The notes under the pieces were generated by a model that had not been told where the DNA came from, made no database searches, and saw only the letters and a list, made by a program, of their open reading frames with translations. A program made the translations under genes and the position numbers. Of a stretch of 64,000 nt of DNA, positions 9,057 to 23,000 are shown piece by piece. How positions within the stretch are numbered: position 1 is the first letter of the stretch; each line of letters starts with the position of its first letter. This DNA is from Synechococcales cyanobacterium VAR_4_metabat_354 (lineage in GTDB: Bacteria; Cyanobacteriota; Cyanobacteriia; Cyanobacteriales; Chamaesiphonaceae), in assembly GCA_031414775.1 (NCBI GenBank), contig JANOQI010000016.1, forward strand, positions 32,001-96,000, in the 5' to 3' direction.

Positions 9057-11738
9057 TCACTTGGTTCCAGTAGCTTTCGTGGAATCCTTTTTCGTGGTCT
9101 TTTTGGCCGCAGCAGTTTTAGTCGCCGTCGCCTTCTTAGCAGTACCAGCCTTGGCCGGAGCCTTTTTAGTAGTTTTAGCCGCAGCCTTAGTACTGGTTCG
9201 TTTCTTCTTAGCTGGCTCCTTATCAGCCAACAACTTTACTGCCGCCTCCAAAGTAACTGATTCAACAGTTTCACCTTCCGGAATACCCACATTAACCTTG
9301 CCATGTTTAATGTAATTACCATAGGGGCCAGCATAGATATTCACTGGTTCACTATCAGCAGGGTGAGCGCCCAGTTGTCGAATCGGCTCACGGGATTTGC
9401 CGCCCCGCGTCGCCTTCGGTTCCGCCAAAATTGCCAGCGCTCGATCGACAGTAATAGTCAACACATCATCACCAACTTTGATCGATCGATATTCCTTACC
9501 ATCCTTACCCTGGTCATGCAGAATGTAAGGGCCAAAGCGACCCAAAGAAGCCGACAACTTGCCGCCAGTTTCAGGATGAACTCCCAAGCTGCGCGGTAGA
9601 GCCAATAACCCTACGGCCAGCTCCACAGTCACATCTTCCATTTTCACGCCCTTCGGCAAGGAGCTTTGCTTAGGCTTTTTACCGTCTTCGGTTTTTTCGC
9701 CCAGCTGCACGTAGGGTCCATAAGGTCCGAGTTTGGCATAAATTGGTTCACCAGTTTCCGGGTGATAGCCCAAAACATCTAGGTCGCCGCTTTTTTGTTT
9801 GAGGAGCAGCTCAATGGTTTCAGGAGCCAAGTCTGCCGGAGTCAGATCGTTGGGAATAGAAGCATTACCCTGCTCCGACTCGATGTAAGCACCAAATTTA
9901 CCAATCTTGACCTTCACGTCCAGATTGTCCAGGGTGATCGTACGAGCCGTAGTGGCATCAATTTGGGCTTCTTTTTCTTTGACTTGAGTTTCTAGGCCAG
10001 TCGCTCCCAAATAGAATTTCTGCAAATAGGGCAACCACTTAGTGCCACCAGTCGAAATATCATCAAGGGTTTGCTCCATCCGGGCGGTAAAGCCCACGTC
10101 TACCAAATCTTCAAAATGATTTTCCAGCAGCGCTGTTACGGCAAAAGCCGTGAAAGTCGGCACCAAAGCATTACTTTGCTGCTGCACATAGCCGCGATCG
10201 ATAATCGTACCGATGATGCTGGCATAGGTACTAGGGCGACCAATACCTTCACTCTCTAGCATTTTCACCAAGGATGCTTCGGTGTAGCGAGCAGGGGGCT
10301 GAGTTTGGTGATCGATCGCATCTAACTTTTGGCAATTAGGCTGGTCGCCTTTTTTCAGATTAGGCAAAATAATTTCTTGGTCTTCGATCGCCGCATCCGG
10401 ATCATCCGACCCTTCCACATAAGCTCGCAAGTAGCCAGGGAAATCAATCCGTTTACCACTAGCCCGGAAGCCAGCATTCTTCACCTGAATATCCACAATC
10501 ACCTGAGTTTGGCGGGCATCGGCCATCTGACAAGCCACTGTCCGTTTCCAAATCATGTCGTATAAGGCCAGCTCTCGATCGCTTAAACCAGTTTGTTTGG
10601 GAGTCACAAAAGTACTGCCCGCTGGCCGAATCGCCTCATGCGCTTCTTGTGCACCTTTCGACTTAGTGGTGTATTGGCGCGGTTGGGGACTGAGATATTC
10701 CAAGCCGTACATCTGTTCGACACAACTCCGTGAAGCTTCGATCGCCTCCGCTGACAAATGCACCGAATCCGTCCGCATGTAAGTAATGTAGCCCTGTTCA
10801 TAGAGTTTCTGAGCAGTGCGCATGGTATCCCGAGCAGACAACCGCAACTTGCGATTGGACTCCTGTTGCATCGTTGAAGTAGTAAAAGGCGGAGCCGGTT
10901 TCCTGGTAACTGGTTTTTCTTCCAGCGCCGCCACAGTCCAAGCCTGATCGCGAATGGCCATCTTTAAAGCTTCAGCAGCAGCACCATCCAAAAGTCGAAC
11001 ATTTTTACCAGCCAACAACTGACCGGTGTTCGGGTCGAAATCAGCACCGGTAGCCACCCGCACGCCATCTACAGTAATCAGTTTGGCCTCAAACTGACTT
11101 TTGGCCTGCTGAAGGAGAGCCTTTAAATCCCAATACTCAGCGGTTTTGAAAGCCCGCCGCTGTCTTTCTTTATTGACAACTAGCCGGACGGCTACTGATT
11201 GCACCCGACCAGCAGATAATCCAAAAGATACTTTTTTCCACAATAACGGCGACACCGTGTAGCCCACCAACCGATCCAAGATGCGGCGAGTTTCCTGGGC
11301 ATGAACCACATCTTCATCAATCTCACGACAATTTTTCAGGGCTTTTTGAATCGCCTCTTTAGTAATTTCATGAAACACCATGCGCTTAGCTGGTACTTTG
11401 GGTTTCAGCAATTGCAACAGGTGCCAACTAATACTTTCACCCTCCCGATCTTCATCCGTCGCCAGAATCAATTCATCAGCATTCTTGAGTGCCGCTTTTA
11501 GCTCCTGCACAATTTTCTTTTTATCTTTGGGAATTACATACAGCGGCTCAAAATTCTCGGCTACGTTGATACCCAAATTTGACCATTTCTCTCCTTTAAA
11601 TTCGGCGGGAATCTCCGCCGAAGAAGAAGGCAAATCACGGACATGCCCCATGGATGCCTTCACAGCGTAGCCGCTCGGCAAAAATTTACTAATAGTCCGC
11701 GCTTTGGTGGGGGACTCGACGATCACAAGAGTAGTCAT
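9057..11738 (-). CDS. topA: DNA topoisomerase I
   Basis: [34 protein letters not shown]; Topo C-terminal repeats and Lys/Ala-rich tail. Confidence 0.98.
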   Translation of the reverse strand: MTTLVIVESPTKARTISKFLPSGYAVKASMGHVRDLPSSSAEIPAEFKGEKWSNLGINVAENFEPLYVIPKDKKKIVQELKAALKNADELILATDEDREGESISWHLLQLLKPKVPAKRMVFHEITKEAIQKALKNCREIDEDVVHAQETRRILDRLVGYTVSPLLWKKVSFGLSAGRVQSVAVRLVVNKERQRRAFKTAEYWDLKALLQQAKSQFEAKLITVDGVRVATGADFDPNTGQLLAGKNVRLLDGAAAEALKMAIRDQAWTVAALEEKPVTRKPAPPFTTSTMQQESNRKLRLSARDTMRTAQKLYEQGYITYMRTDSVHLSAEAIEASRSCVEQMYGLEYLSPQPRQYTTKSKGAQEAHEAIRPAGSTFVTPKQTGLSDRELALYDMIWKRTVACQMADARQTQVIVDIQVKNAGFRASGKRIDFPGYLRAYVEGSDDPDAAIEDQEIILPNLKKGDQPNCQKLDAIDHQTQPPARYTEASLVKMLESEGIGRPSTYASIIGTIIDRGYVQQQSNALVPTFTAFAVTALLENHFEDLVDVGFTARMEQTLDDISTGGTKWLPYLQKFYLGATGLETQVKEKEAQIDATTARTITLDNLDVKVKIGKFGAYIESEQGNASIPNDLTPADLAPETIELLLKQKSGDLDVLGYHPETGEPIYAKLGPYGPYVQLGEKTEDGKKPKQSSLPKGVKMEDVTVELAVGLLALPRSLGVHPETGGKLSASLGRFGPYILHDQGKDGKEYRSIKVGDDVLTITVDRALAILAEPKATRGGKSREPIRQLGAHPADSEPVNIYAGPYGNYIKHGKVNVGIPEGETVESVTLEAAVKLLADKEPAKKKRTSTKAAAKTTKKAPAKAGTAKKATATKTAAAKKTTKKDSTKATGTK

Positions 11739-12025
11739 AGGAGCTAAAAACTAGCAGAGTGCTAATGAGTCAAGTTCGAGCAAATCTCGTCAATTGTCAA
11801 GGGGTAACGGAACATATCTACATTTGAAGCATCAAAAATTTATAGAAATTACCCAATCTATAAAATAGAGTTTGCATAGTCTGTTACTCTATACTAAGAT
11901 TAGGGTAGCTTAGTCAAAGATAGTGCCATGAAGATTTATAATCACTTCATGGAATTGCTGCTAATCTAAATATAAACAGCACAGATGCACTAACTTCCAG
12001 AATTGTCCGAAACTCCCAGTGAATC

Positions 12026-12352
12026 ATGAGAAAACTGTTACTGATATTGTTATCAATGCCAACAGCTGTGGGTGTTTTCCTGCCACTAACCAACCCTGCT
12101 AATGCCCTTGAAATAAAAAACAAGCAGCAGCCTGGTAAGTTTTGCATGTTTGAGCACGGTAAAGTGTACTGTGTTCGTCAAGCCCGCCCGGATGCTTCTA
12201 AGCTGAATAAAGCTAGAGCTATCACCAGCGATTATGAGCAGGGGCTGACTTTCACGGATGTCGATAGTGATGAGGCTGTTGCCAAATTCGGCTGTGACTG
12301 TCCAAATTGTATCCGTGCTATTAAAGGAATGCGAGCTTTTACGGCCAGTTGA
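12026..12352 (+). CDS. Small exported Cys-containing hypothetical protein
   Basis: Signal peptide ending ANA; C-x8-C and FGCDCPNC motifs. Confidence 0.7.
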   Translation: MRKLLLILLSMPTAVGVFLPLTNPANALEIKNKQQPGKFCMFEHGKVYCVRQARPDASKLNKARAITSDYEQGLTFTDVDSDEAVAKFGCDCPNCIRAIKGMRAFTAS

Positions 12353-12394
12353 TTTAGCTTTAATGTGCTTTTAGCACTCTTTGGCAACAATTTT

Positions 12395-12422
12395 AAAAGC
12401 CCAGTGCTGACGCTGGGCTTTT
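12395..12422 (+). terminator. Intrinsic terminator
   Basis: AAAAGCCCAGTG-CTGA-CGCTGGGCTTTT. Confidence 0.75.
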
Positions 12423-12453
12423 GCTATCAATACTATGTTTTTCACATCAAATT

Positions 12454-12756
12454 ATGACTGCCGAACTCCGAGCGCAGCTCGCTGAATCGATCGATGAAGC
12501 CGAATTGGACTGGCTCAAGCCCCACATTCAAAAAGACACCGTAATTGTGGTGAACGATAGCCTAGATTTAGTGGAAGTGGGGGTGGCGATTACTACCGAT
12601 AACACCATTGCTGTGCAACAGTGGGTGGGCGAGCAGCTCATCACCAAGCCGTCAGAGAACGATTTAGCAGCCTGGAACGCCCAACCTCAACAGAAATTTC
12701 AAGCCATCATCGTTCAGCCCTATGTCTTAGTCCAAGCTATTTCTGGTTCAGTCTAG
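12454..12756 (+). CDS. DUF2288 family protein
   Basis: WLKPH..D.VIVV...LDLVEVGVAI..DN...VQQW, IVQPYVLVQ. Confidence 0.8.
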   Translation: MTAELRAQLAESIDEAELDWLKPHIQKDTVIVVNDSLDLVEVGVAITTDNTIAVQQWVGEQLITKPSENDLAAWNAQPQQKFQAIIVQPYVLVQAISGSV

Positions 12757-12774
12757 TGTGGATTCCCCGCAAGA

Positions 12775-13392
12775 CTAGAAATTAGAACGTTTATATTCCT
12801 TGGCTAAACTTCCGCCAGTGTGACCAGTCAGCAACCAAAGAAACGCTCTGGCTCCATCAATTGCCACTTTACCAACCGGCTCGTCTGGTCGATCGCTCTT
12901 CACGCTCACTGGCTTAACCGCAATCCCCCGACTGCCAAAAATAATTTCGCCAATTAATCTCGATCGGTTCATGTGATAGTCCGATGTGACCAAGTAAACA
13001 CTTTTGATATTGGCTGCTTGTAGCTTATCGACCATCGAAGTAAAATTGGTGATGGTATCAGTGGCTTGGTAATCCAGTTTTAGCCTTTGCAAATCAACTG
13101 ATTCTTTGCCAAAAATACCCTTAGCGTAATCCTGCGGAGTGCCTCCAGATACCCAAATTGGAATATTGGGATGCTTAGCGGCTAGCTTGGCAGCAACAGG
13201 TTCACGCTTAATACCCCCACCCAAAACAAAGATGGCATCCGGCTCTAGCCAACTGTTCTGCCATTCTCTATAGGCAAACCATAAAGGTCCACTCAAAATA
13301 CTTCCTAACAACAGGAGCTTCACCCCCAAATTTTTGGATAGCGGTTTGCGGTTAGCAGATCGAGTTTTTCTAACAACTTTCCGGGGAGACAA
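12775..13392 (-). CDS. YdcF/DUF218 family protein
   Basis: AIFVLGGG, ATDTITNF, LVTSDYHMNRS. Confidence 0.85.
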   Translation of the reverse strand: MSPRKVVRKTRSANRKPLSKNLGVKLLLLGSILSGPLWFAYREWQNSWLEPDAIFVLGGGIKREPVAAKLAAKHPNIPIWVSGGTPQDYAKGIFGKESVDLQRLKLDYQATDTITNFTSMVDKLQAANIKSVYLVTSDYHMNRSRLIGEIIFGSRGIAVKPVSVKSDRPDEPVGKVAIDGARAFLWLLTGHTGGSLAKEYKRSNF

Positions 13393-13611
13393 GGTATTTA
13401 TGCAATAAAAAGTCTAAAGGTGTACTACGGACAAGACTAAAACTACACTACAAGCCTGAGACTTAAAGATCACCTGGCTAAGTTCGTAAATCAGCCTAAC
13501 ACAGGTTTACAGAAGGAGTGCTGTCAATTTCATCAAATTCTCGTGTCAAATAAAAGATTTACATGCTACAATCCTATATCTGGCGATGTGTCAATTTTTC
13601 AAAGGCTAACT

Positions 13612-13896
13612 GTGGCTAATATTAAGTCTGCAATCAAACGTGTCGAAATCGGCGAGCGCAATCGCCTCCGTAACAAGTCCTTCAAGTCCGCAGTCAGGAC
13701 ATTGATGAAAAACTACTTTACGGCAGTGGATCAATATAAGGGTGAACCAAATCCAGCAATGCTGGCCGAGGTGCAATCCAAAATGTCTGCTGCTTATAGC
13801 AAAATTGATAAAGCTGTCCAAAAGGGCGTTTTACACAAAAACAATGGAGCGCACAAAAAAGCTCGTTTAGCTAGTGCTCTAAAGTCAGCAGCCTAG
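13612..13896 (+). CDS. rpsT: 30S ribosomal protein S20
   Basis: GTG start; [34 protein letters not shown]. Confidence 0.97.
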   Translation: MANIKSAIKRVEIGERNRLRNKSFKSAVRTLMKNYFTAVDQYKGEPNPAMLAEVQSKMSAAYSKIDKAVQKGVLHKNNGAHKKARLASALKSAA

Positions 13897-13973
13897 CGCT
13901 AACTATCAGTAGCGGGGGGATTCAGCCGAATGCCCTCAGTGGTCGTTCATCAACTGTACGCCGCTAAGAACTA

Positions 13974-14759
13974 ATGCAGCTAATTGATACCCATGTTCAT
14001 ATCAACTTTGAGAACTTCCAAACAGATCTCGAAGTGATTTGTGGTCAATGGCGCCAGGCTGGAGTTATCCAACTGGTGCACGCTTGTGTTCATCCCGAAC
14101 AATTTCCGGATATGCAGCGTTTGGCTGACCAGATTCCAGAGTTGTCGCTAGCGATCGGTCTGCACCCTCTAGAGGCTGACAAGTGGTTGCCAGAGATGGT
14201 TGACCAGATTCGCAGACATGCTACTAGTGATCAACGGGTAGTGGCAATCGGAGAGATGGGATTAGATTTTTACAAATCTGATCTATCTCACAATCAAGTT
14301 ACCGCTTTCACTAGTCAAATTTTGATCGCCCGGGAGCTGAATTTACCAATCATCATTCACTGTCGCGATGCCGCCGTTACTATGCGGAAAATTGTCGGTG
14401 ATTTGTGGCATGACCAAGGTGCAGTGCCCGGGGTCATGCATTGCTGGGCTGGTACTCCAGAAGAAACCCAATGGTTTTTAGACCTGGGTTTCCACATTAG
14501 CTTCAGCGGAGTCGTCACATTCAAGAATGCTAAACAAATTCACGCTGCCGCCCAAATGGTACCAGCCGATCGACTATTGATTGAGACAGATTGTCCGTTT
14601 CTAGCACCTGTTCCCCATCGTGGTCAGCGGAATGAACCGTCCTATGTCAGTCATGTGGCAACCCGTCTCGCGGAACTGCGATCAGTACCGGTGGAAGAAA
14701 TTGCCGTCACTACTACGAGTAATGCCCAACGGCTATTTAATCTGCCAAAGTTGACTTGA
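13974..14759 (+). CDS. tatD: TatD family hydrolase
   Basis: [35 protein letters not shown]; usual position between rpsT and rpoB. Confidence 0.93.
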   Translation: MQLIDTHVHINFENFQTDLEVICGQWRQAGVIQLVHACVHPEQFPDMQRLADQIPELSLAIGLHPLEADKWLPEMVDQIRRHATSDQRVVAIGEMGLDFYKSDLSHNQVTAFTSQILIARELNLPIIIHCRDAAVTMRKIVGDLWHDQGAVPGVMHCWAGTPEETQWFLDLGFHISFSGVVTFKNAKQIHAAAQMVPADRLLIETDCPFLAPVPHRGQRNEPSYVSHVATRLAELRSVPVEEIAVTTTSNAQRLFNLPKLT

Positions 14760-14813
14760 AGCCCAAGTCATATCCCTAAATTCAGCACCAGAACGCCCAT
14801 CCAGAGGATAAGA

Positions 14814-17800
14814 ATGAGTAATCAAATTGTTACGGCATCCAACTACATGTTGCCCGACTTAGTAGAGATCCAGCGTTCTAGCTTTCGGTGGTTTCTCGAT
14901 GAAGGATTGATTGAAGAATTAGACAGTTTTTCACCAATTACCGACTACACAGGGAAACTAGAGCTGCGGTTTTTGGGGAAGGACTATAAGCTCAAACGGC
15001 CGAAATATGATGTCAATGAGGCCAAACGTCGGGATGCCAGCTATGCGGTGCAAATGTATGTACCTACCCAGCTGATCAATAAAGAAACTCGCGAAATTAG
15101 TCAAATGGACGTGTTCATTGGCGATTTGCCACTGATGACAGATCGGGGCACATTTATTATCAATGGTGCCGAGCGAGTAATTGTTAACCAAATCGTTAGG
15201 TCTCCTGGTGTTTACTATAAGTCCGAACTAGATAAGAACGGGCGACGGACTTACAGTGCTTCCTTAATCCCCAACCGGGGCGCTTGGTTAAAGTTTGAAA
15301 CCGATAAGAACGACATTGTGTGGGTGCGGATCGATAAGACACGTAAGCTTTCGGCTCAGGTGCTTTTGAAGGCATTGGGTCTATCGGACAATGAAATTTT
15401 GGATGCTCTGCGTCACCCCGAATTTTTCCAGAAGACGATCGCTAAGGAAGGCAATCCCAGCGAAGAAGAAGCTTTGATGGAGCTATATCGCAAACTGCGG
15501 CCTGGTGAGCCACCAACAGTGACTGGTGGTCAACAGCTTTTGGATTCCCGCTTTTTTGATCCGAAACGCTATGACCTAGGCAAAGTAGGCCGCTACAAAC
15601 TGAATCGCAAGCTACGCCTCAATACCCCTGATGCCACTCGGGTGCTGACTCCGCAAGATATTTTGGCAGTGATCGATTACTTGGTGAACCTCGAATTTGA
15701 CATTGGCCACACCGACGACATCGACCACTTAGGCAACCGCCGCATTCGATCGGTTGGCGAATTGCTGCAAAACCAAATCCGGGTAGGCTTAAGCCGCTTA
15801 GAAAGAATCATCCGGGAACGGATGACGGTGTCGGAAACTAGTACTCTTACTCCGGCTAGTTTGGTCAATCCCAAACCACTAGTTGCCGCCATTAAAGAAT
15901 TTTTTGGCTCCTCCCAACTCTCCCAGTTTATGGATCAAACCAATCCATTAGCCGAGTTGACTCACAAGCGACGACTCTCCGCCTTAGGTCCAGGTGGTTT
16001 AACCAGAGAAAGAGCGGGCTTCGCCGTGCGGGATATTCACGCCTCTCACTACGGTCGGATTTGTCCGATCGAGACACCAGAAGGACCCAACGCGGGTCTG
16101 ATCGGTTCCTTGGCTACTCATGCCCGAGTCAATCAGTATGGCTTTATCGAAACGCCCTTTTTGCCAGTTGTTAATGGTCAAGTACTGCGCGATCAAGAGC
16201 CGCAATATATGACCGCCGATCAGGAAGATGACTTGCGCGTAGCCCCCGGCGACATCCCGACCGATGAGCATGGCTACATTTTAGGTGAAACCGTCGCCGT
16301 GCGTTACCGCCACGAGTTTACGACTACGCCTCCTGATCAAGTAGACTACATCGCGATTTCGCCGGTACAAATTATTTCGGTGGCAACTTCACTGATTCCC
16401 TTCTTGGAACACGATGATGCTAACCGCGCCCTGATGGGTTCCAACATGCAACGGCAAGCCGTGCCCTTGCTCAAACCAGAGCGGCCATTAGTAGGCACCG
16501 GATTGGAAGTTCAAGCCGCCCGTGACTCGGGGATGGTCATTGTTTCTAGAACAGCTGGTCATGTTTCCTATGCAGATGCCGAAACAATTATCGTCACCGA
16601 TCCAGAAGGTGAGCTACACTCTTACAACCTTCAGCGCTACCATCGATCGAACCAAGATACCTGTCTTAACCAGCGGCCTTTGGTCAATATCAATGAACGG
16701 GTGCAGGTCGGTCAGGTGCTGGCGGATGGTTCGGCCACCGAAGGCGGGGAACTCGCCCTCGGCCAAAATATCACCGTGGCCTACATGCCCTGGGAAGGAT
16801 ACAACTACGAAGATGCCATCTTGATCAGTGAAAAGCTGGTGTCGCAAGACTTTTACACTAGTATCCACATCGAAAAATTTGAGATTGAAGCCCGTCAAAC
16901 CAAGCTGGGTCCAGAAGAAATCACCCGAGAAATTCCCAACGTCAGTGAAGACTCGGTAAGGCAGCTCGATGAAACTGGCATAATCCGGAAGGGTGCCTGG
17001 GTAGAGTCTGGAGATATCTTGGTGGGCAAGGTTACACCAAAGGGTGAATCGGATCAGCCACCAGAAGAAAAACTACTGCGGGCAATCTTTGGTGAAAAAG
17101 CCCGCGATGTGCGCGATAACTCCCTGCGGGTGCCTAACGGTGAAAAAGGCCGGGTAGTAGATGTCCGGGTATTTACCCGCGAACAGGGCGACGAGTTGCC
17201 ACCAGGAGCCAATATGGTCGTGCGGATTTATGTGGCGCAAAAGCGCAAAATCCAGGTCGGCGATAAAATGGCTGGTCGGCACGGCAACAAAGGCATCATC
17301 TCTAAAATTCTGCCGATCGAAGACATGCCTTACCTACCAGATGGTACTCCCGTCGAAATTGTCTTGAATCCCCTCGGTGTGCCTTCCCGGATGAACGTTG
17401 GCCAAGTAATGGAGTGTATGCTCGGTTGGGCTGGTCACCATTTAGGTGTGCGCTTTAAGGTCACTCCTTTTGATGAGATGTACCACAAGGAAGCTTCCCG
17501 CCTCACTATCTACAGCAAGCTGTTGGAAGCTGCTGAAGAAAATGAAAAGCCTTGGTTATTTGACTCCGCAGAACCAGGTAAAACAAAAGTTTACGATGGT
17601 CGAACTGGCGAGGCGTTCGATCGACCAATTACCGTCGGCAAAGCCTACATGCTCAAGCTGGTGCATTTGGTCGATGACAAGATTCACGCTCGTTCCACTG
17701 GACCTTACTCGTTAGTTACTCAACAGCCGTTGGGTGGTAAAGCTCAACAGGGTGGTCAGCGGTTTGGAGAAATGGAAGTTTGGGCATTGGAAGCCTTTGG

Positions 17801-18113
17801 AGCAGCCTATACTCTCCAAGAGCTATTAACAGTCAAATCCGATGACATGCAAGGACGGAACGATGCCCTGAATGCGATCGTTAAGGGTAAGTCGATCCCC
17901 AGTCCTGGTACTCCAGAGTCCTTCAAGGTATTGATGCGGGAGCTACAATCTCTCGGTCTAGATATTGCCGTACACAAGGTGGAAGTAGACCCCGATGGCG
18001 ATAGTCGCGATGTCGAAGTAGACCTGATGGCTGATGTCGTTACTCGGCGGACACCTTCCCGTCCTACTTACGAATCCTTCGCCAAGGAAGAGGTGGAAAC
18101 CGACGGTAACTAG
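14814..18113 (+). CDS. rpoB: RNA polymerase beta subunit
   Basis: [39 protein letters not shown]. Confidence 0.99.
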   Translation: MSNQIVTASNYMLPDLVEIQRSSFRWFLDEGLIEELDSFSPITDYTGKLELRFLGKDYKLKRPKYDVNEAKRRDASYAVQMYVPTQLINKETREISQMDVFIGDLPLMTDRGTFIINGAERVIVNQIVRSPGVYYKSELDKNGRRTYSASLIPNRGAWLKFETDKNDIVWVRIDKTRKLSAQVLLKALGLSDNEILDALRHPEFFQKTIAKEGNPSEEEALMELYRKLRPGEPPTVTGGQQLLDSRFFDPKRYDLGKVGRYKLNRKLRLNTPDATRVLTPQDILAVIDYLVNLEFDIGHTDDIDHLGNRRIRSVGELLQNQIRVGLSRLERIIRERMTVSETSTLTPASLVNPKPLVAAIKEFFGSSQLSQFMDQTNPLAELTHKRRLSALGPGGLTRERAGFAVRDIHASHYGRICPIETPEGPNAGLIGSLATHARVNQYGFIETPFLPVVNGQVLRDQEPQYMTADQEDDLRVAPGDIPTDEHGYILGETVAVRYRHEFTTTPPDQVDYIAISPVQIISVATSLIPFLEHDDANRALMGSNMQRQAVPLLKPERPLVGTGLEVQAARDSGMVIVSRTAGHVSYADAETIIVTDPEGELHSYNLQRYHRSNQDTCLNQRPLVNINERVQVGQVLADGSATEGGELALGQNITVAYMPWEGYNYEDAILISEKLVSQDFYTSIHIEKFEIEARQTKLGPEEITREIPNVSEDSVRQLDETGIIRKGAWVESGDILVGKVTPKGESDQPPEEKLLRAIFGEKARDVRDNSLRVPNGEKGRVVDVRVFTREQGDELPPGANMVVRIYVAQKRKIQVGDKMAGRHGNKGIISKILPIEDMPYLPDGTPVEIVLNPLGVPSRMNVGQVMECMLGWAGHHLGVRFKVTPFDEMYHKEASRLTIYSKLLEAAEENEKPWLFDSAEPGKTKVYDGRTGEAFDRPITVGKAYMLKLVHLVDDKIHARSTGPYSLVTQQPLGGKAQQGGQRFGEMEVWALEAFGAAYTLQELLTVKSDDMQGRNDALNAIVKGKSIPSPGTPESFKVLMRELQSLGLDIAVHKVEVDPDGDSRDVEVDLMADVVTRRTPSRPTYESFAKEEVETDGN

Positions 18114-18163
18114 CTGAAATCTAGTTGGAATGTTCTTGTTGTCCTCTCAAATTTTTACGAACC

Positions 18164-20041
18164 ATGCGCCAAAAAATCGAGACCAAATTTGACTACGTAA
18201 AGATTGCGATCGCTTCACCAGAGCGAATCAAGGAATGGGGTGAGCGGACGCTCCCTAATGGTACGTTAGTCGGCGAAGTCACCAAGCCAGAAACTATTAA
18301 CTACCGGACGCTTAAGCCCGAAATGGATGGCTTGTTCTGCGAGCGGATCTTCGGTCCAGCCAAAGACTGGGAATGTCATTGTGGTAAATATAAGCGGGTG
18401 CGTCATCGGGGCATCGTCTGCGAGCGTTGTGGCGTAGAAGTCACCGAGTCCCGAGTTCGTCGGCACCGCATGGGCTATATCAAGTTAGCAGCACCTGTTT
18501 CACATGTTTGGTACCTAAAAGGAATCCCCAGCTATCTAAGCATCCTGCTGGATATGCCCTTGCGCGATGTCGAGCAAATTGTCTACTTCAACGCCTATGT
18601 GGTGCTATCACCAGGTACTGCTGAAGACCTTACCTATAAACAGCTCCTCACTGAAGAACAGTGGTTGGAAGTAGAAGAGAAGTTCTACAGCGAAGACTCC
18701 ATCTTAGAAGGCGTAGAAGTCGGTATTGGCGCGGAAGCAGTCCAAAGACTACTCCAAGATCTTCAAATGGAGACCGAAGCCGAAAGCCTCCGCGAGCAGA
18801 TTTCGGGAGCCAAAGGCCAAAAACGTGCCAAGTTGATCAAGCGCCTGCGGGTAGTAGACAACTTTGTAGCCACCGGCAGTCAGCCGGACTGGATGATTCT
18901 CAGCTACATTCCAGTAATTCCACCAGATCTGAGGCCGATGGTGCAGCTGGATGGTGGTCGTTTTGCTACCTCTGACTTAAATGACCTATACCGCCGGGTG
19001 ATTAACCGCAACAATCGGTTGGCCAGATTGCAAGAAATTCTGGCACCTGAAATTATTGTGCGTAATGAAAAACGGATGCTGCAAGAAGCCGTTGATGCCC
19101 TAATCGACAATGGTCGCCGGGGACGCACTGTGGTGGGTGCCAACAATCGTGCCCTCAAATCGCTATCTGACATTATTGAAGGGAAACAGGGTCGTTTCCG
19201 TCAAAACTTGCTGGGCAAACGGGTGGACTACTCCGGTCGATCAGTGATCGTAGTTGGTCCCAACCTCAAAATTCACCAATGCGGCCTGCCCCGCGAGATG
19301 GCGATCGAACTCTTTCAGCCCTTCGTGATTCAGCGCCTAATCAAAAATAGCTTAGTCAACAACATCAAAGCAGCCAAAAAACTAATTCAGCGCGGCGACC
19401 CCACAGTTTGGGATGTGTTAGAAGAAGTGATTGCTGGTCACCCGGTAATGCTAAACCGGGCACCAACGCTGCACCGATTAGGGATTCAAGCCTTTGAACC
19501 AATCTTGGTAGAAGGCCGCGCCATCCAGCTACATCCATTAGTCTGTCCGGCTTTTAACGCTGACTTTGACGGTGACCAAATGGCCGTCCATATTCCACTG
19601 TCATTGGAAGCCCAAGCCGAAGCCCGACTGCTGATGCTGGCTAGTAACAACATTCTGTCCCCAGCGACTGGCTTGCCCATCGTGGCTCCTTCTCAGGATA
19701 TGGTACTGGGTTGCTACTATCTAACCGCGCGTGATCCAGCCCTAGCCTCGACAGCCCATCGCAAGTTTGCCAATCTAGACGATGCCGTCCGAGCTTACGA
19801 TCGAGGAGATATCACTATCCATGACTTTGTCTGGGTTAGATATGACGGCGAAATGGAATCAGAAGAGCCAGAAAAAGAGCCATTGGAAGTCCAGGATCAT
19901 GGTGATGGCACTAAGACTGAAATTTTCAAATACCGCCGCCGCCGCGTCACCGATGATGGCGAACAACTCGGTCAAATGATCTTTACGACCCCTGGCCGGA
20001 TTATTTATAACCAAACCATTCAAGAAGTCTTGATGGGCTAA
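18164..20041 (+). CDS. rpoC1: RNA polymerase gamma subunit
   Basis: [12 protein letters not shown], Zn finger CHCGKYK..CERC; likely ATG 18164. Confidence 0.99.
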   Translation: MRQKIETKFDYVKIAIASPERIKEWGERTLPNGTLVGEVTKPETINYRTLKPEMDGLFCERIFGPAKDWECHCGKYKRVRHRGIVCERCGVEVTESRVRRHRMGYIKLAAPVSHVWYLKGIPSYLSILLDMPLRDVEQIVYFNAYVVLSPGTAEDLTYKQLLTEEQWLEVEEKFYSEDSILEGVEVGIGAEAVQRLLQDLQMETEAESLREQISGAKGQKRAKLIKRLRVVDNFVATGSQPDWMILSYIPVIPPDLRPMVQLDGGRFATSDLNDLYRRVINRNNRLARLQEILAPEIIVRNEKRMLQEAVDALIDNGRRGRTVVGANNRALKSLSDIIEGKQGRFRQNLLGKRVDYSGRSVIVVGPNLKIHQCGLPREMAIELFQPFVIQRLIKNSLVNNIKAAKKLIQRGDPTVWDVLEEVIAGHPVMLNRAPTLHRLGIQAFEPILVEGRAIQLHPLVCPAFNADFDGDQMAVHIPLSLEAQAEARLLMLASNNILSPATGLPIVAPSQDMVLGCYYLTARDPALASTAHRKFANLDDAVRAYDRGDITIHDFVWVRYDGEMESEEPEKEPLEVQDHGDGTKTEIFKYRRRRVTDDGEQLGQMIFTTPGRIIYNQTIQEVLMG

Positions 20042-20070
20042 GTCCAACTCCTAATACATTTATAAGCGCC

Positions 20071-23000
20071 ATGACTGAAGAGCAAAAAAGACCCACCCTC
20101 CCTTTTAACAACCGCATGGTTGACAAAAGCCAGCTCAAAAAACTGATCTCTTGGTCTTATCGGTACTATGGGACTGCTCGGACTGCCCAGATTGCCGATC
20201 GACTCAAAGAACTAGGCTTCCACTTTGCCACCCGCGCCGGGGTATCGATCAGTATCGACGATCTGAAAATTCCCGAAGAAAAGCGGGATATGCTGGAAGA
20301 AGCCGAAGAAACCATCCGCGCGACTGAAACCCGCTACACCAAAGGCGAAATCACTGAGGTCGAACGGTTCCAAAAAGTTATTGACACTTGGAATGCTACT
20401 TCAGAATCACTTAAAGATCGGGTGGTCACAAACTTCAGAGAAAACTACCCACTGAACTCCGTCTACATGATGGCCTTCTCTGGAGCGCGGGGGAACCTCT
20501 CACAGGTGAGGCAGCTGGTAGGCATGCGCGGGCTGATGTCCAATCCCCAAGGGGAAATTATTGACTTACCAATTAAAACCAACTTCCGGGAAGGTTTGAC
20601 GGTAACTGAATACATTATTTCGTCTTATGGTGCCCGGAAAGGTCTGGTAGATACCGCCTTGCGGACAGCCGACTCTGGCTATCTCACCCGCCGCTTGGTG
20701 GATGTGGCTCAAGATGTAATTGTGCGGGAGAAAGACTGCGGCACCACCCGAGGCGTATTCGTACGGCCAATGATGGATGGGGAACGCACCTTAATTCCCA
20801 TCGGCGATCGACTATTTGGTCGAATCTTAGCAGCCCCCGTGCATCATCCCAAAACCAAAGAAATGTTGGGTGATCGAAATGACGAGCTGGATGAAGCACT
20901 GATCAAAAAAATCAGCGATGCGAACTTAAAAGAAGTCTACGTTCGATCGCCATTGACCTGCGAAGCCGCCAGATCCATCTGTCAAACTTGCTATGGCTGG
21001 AGTTTAGCCTACGTGAAAATGGTAGATCTGGGCGAAGCCGTGGGGATTATTGCTGCTCAGTCGATCGGTGAACCAGGCACCCAGCTGACCATGCGGACAT
21101 TCCATACCGGTGGAGTATTTACCGGCGAAGTTGAAAAACAACTGCGCGCTAAAGTAGATGGCACCATTCGTTATGGCACCTTACGTACCCGCTCCATGCG
21201 GACTCGACATGGGGACGATCGTGAGCAAGTCGAAGCCAATGGTGAATTTTATTTAGAACCCAGCGGTAAAGGCAAAAAACAGACCTTCTCACTCACCGTT
21301 GGTTCGACACTGTTAATCGCCGATGGGACAGAAGTGAAAGCTGGCAACTTATTAGCAGAAGTAGCACTAGCTAAAGGTCGGCGTTCCACTGAAAAAGCGA
21401 CTAAAGACGTAGCCACCGATTTGGCTGGGGAAGTTCTGTTTGCGAATATTACTCCCGAGGAAAAAACCGACCGTCAGGGTAATACCACCCGCATCGCTCA
21501 AAAGGGCGGTTTGGTGTGGGTGTTATCGGGCGAAGTCTACAACTTGCCGCCTGGTGCCGAGCCTGCTATCCAAAATGGCGAGCCAGTAGATCTGGATGGC
21601 ATGTTGGCTGAAACCAAGCTGATTTCAGTCAATGGTGGGGTCGTGCGTCTGCGGGGCGAGCGGGAGATTGACATTATTACGGCCTCAGTTTCCCTAGATG
21701 ATGCCACCGTTACCATCGAAAGTAGCGGCAGCCGTGATCGATATGTAGTAGCCACGGCTCAAGGACAACGCTTCCATCTAATTGCCCCACCGGGCACCAA
21801 GGTGCTGAACCAAACTCCGATCGCCGAACTAATTGACGATCAATACCGCACTCGCACTGGTGGCATCATCAAATATGCCGACATCGAAGTGCAAAAGAAA
21901 GGGAAGGCCAAACAGGGTTACGAAGTGGTCAAAGGCGGCACCATTCTATGGGTGCCCGAAGAATCCCACGAAGTCAACAAAGACATCACTTTGTTGAACG
22001 TCGAAGACGGTCAGTATGTAGAGGCTGGTACCGAAGTAGTCAAAGACATCTTCTGCGCCACCAGCGGGATTGTGGAAATCGTCCAGAAAAACGACATTCT
22101 GCGCGAAATCACCATCAAACCTGGCGATCTATTCTTACTAGATGACCCCGAAAGTGGTCAATCGGTAACTGGCACCCTGGTTAATCCTGGCCAAAAACCA
22201 GTACCAGAACTGGCAGAAGTTACCGAGATGCGCTATCTAGAATATGTTGAAACCCCAGATGGTTCAGCTTTACTACTGAGGCCAGTAATAGAATACCAAG
22301 TACCTGACGAGCCAAACATGCCATCCCAGGCATCAATCAATAAGTCCGGCGGTGGTAGTTCGATCGAACTACGGGCAGTCCAGCGCGTTCCGTACAAAGA
22401 CGGGGAACGGGTCAAGTCGGTGGACGGAGTAGAACTACTCCGTACCCAACTGGTGCTGGAAATGGAGGGTGAGACCTCCGCAGCCACTCAATTGGCAGCA
22501 GATATTGAGCTGGTGCCCGACGAAGACAACCCAGATGTCAGTCGCTTGCAACTGGTAATCTTGGAATCTTTGGTAATTCGGCGCGATACCGCTGCCGATC
22601 CGTTGGGTGGCAGTACCCACACTGAACCATTAGTCACCGATGGCCAGCAAATTGCCCCCGGAGCAGTAGTTGCCCGTACCGAAATTCGCTGTAAACATCC
22701 CGGCGAAGTCCGTGGCATTCGGGAGGGAGAAGAACTGGTGCGCCGAGTACTAGTAATTCGCGACCTCGATCGGATCACTGTTGAAACGGCTGGTGCAACA
22801 GCCAGCATCAAAGTCGGTCAACTCATCGTGGCTGGCAGCGAAATTGCTCCGGGTATTCCGACCCCCGAATCTGGTCAAGTACTGGAGATCGGGAAGGATA
22901 GCATCGTCCTGCGTTTAGCACGTCCCTATCGGGTATCACCCGGTGCCATCTTGCACATTGATAATGGCGACTTAGTGCAACGGGGTGACAACCTAGTATT

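Noticed and set aside
9061..9230. Lys/Ala/Thr-rich repetitive tail of TopA
   Set aside because: Common low-complexity DNA-binding tail, not a nucleotide repeat element
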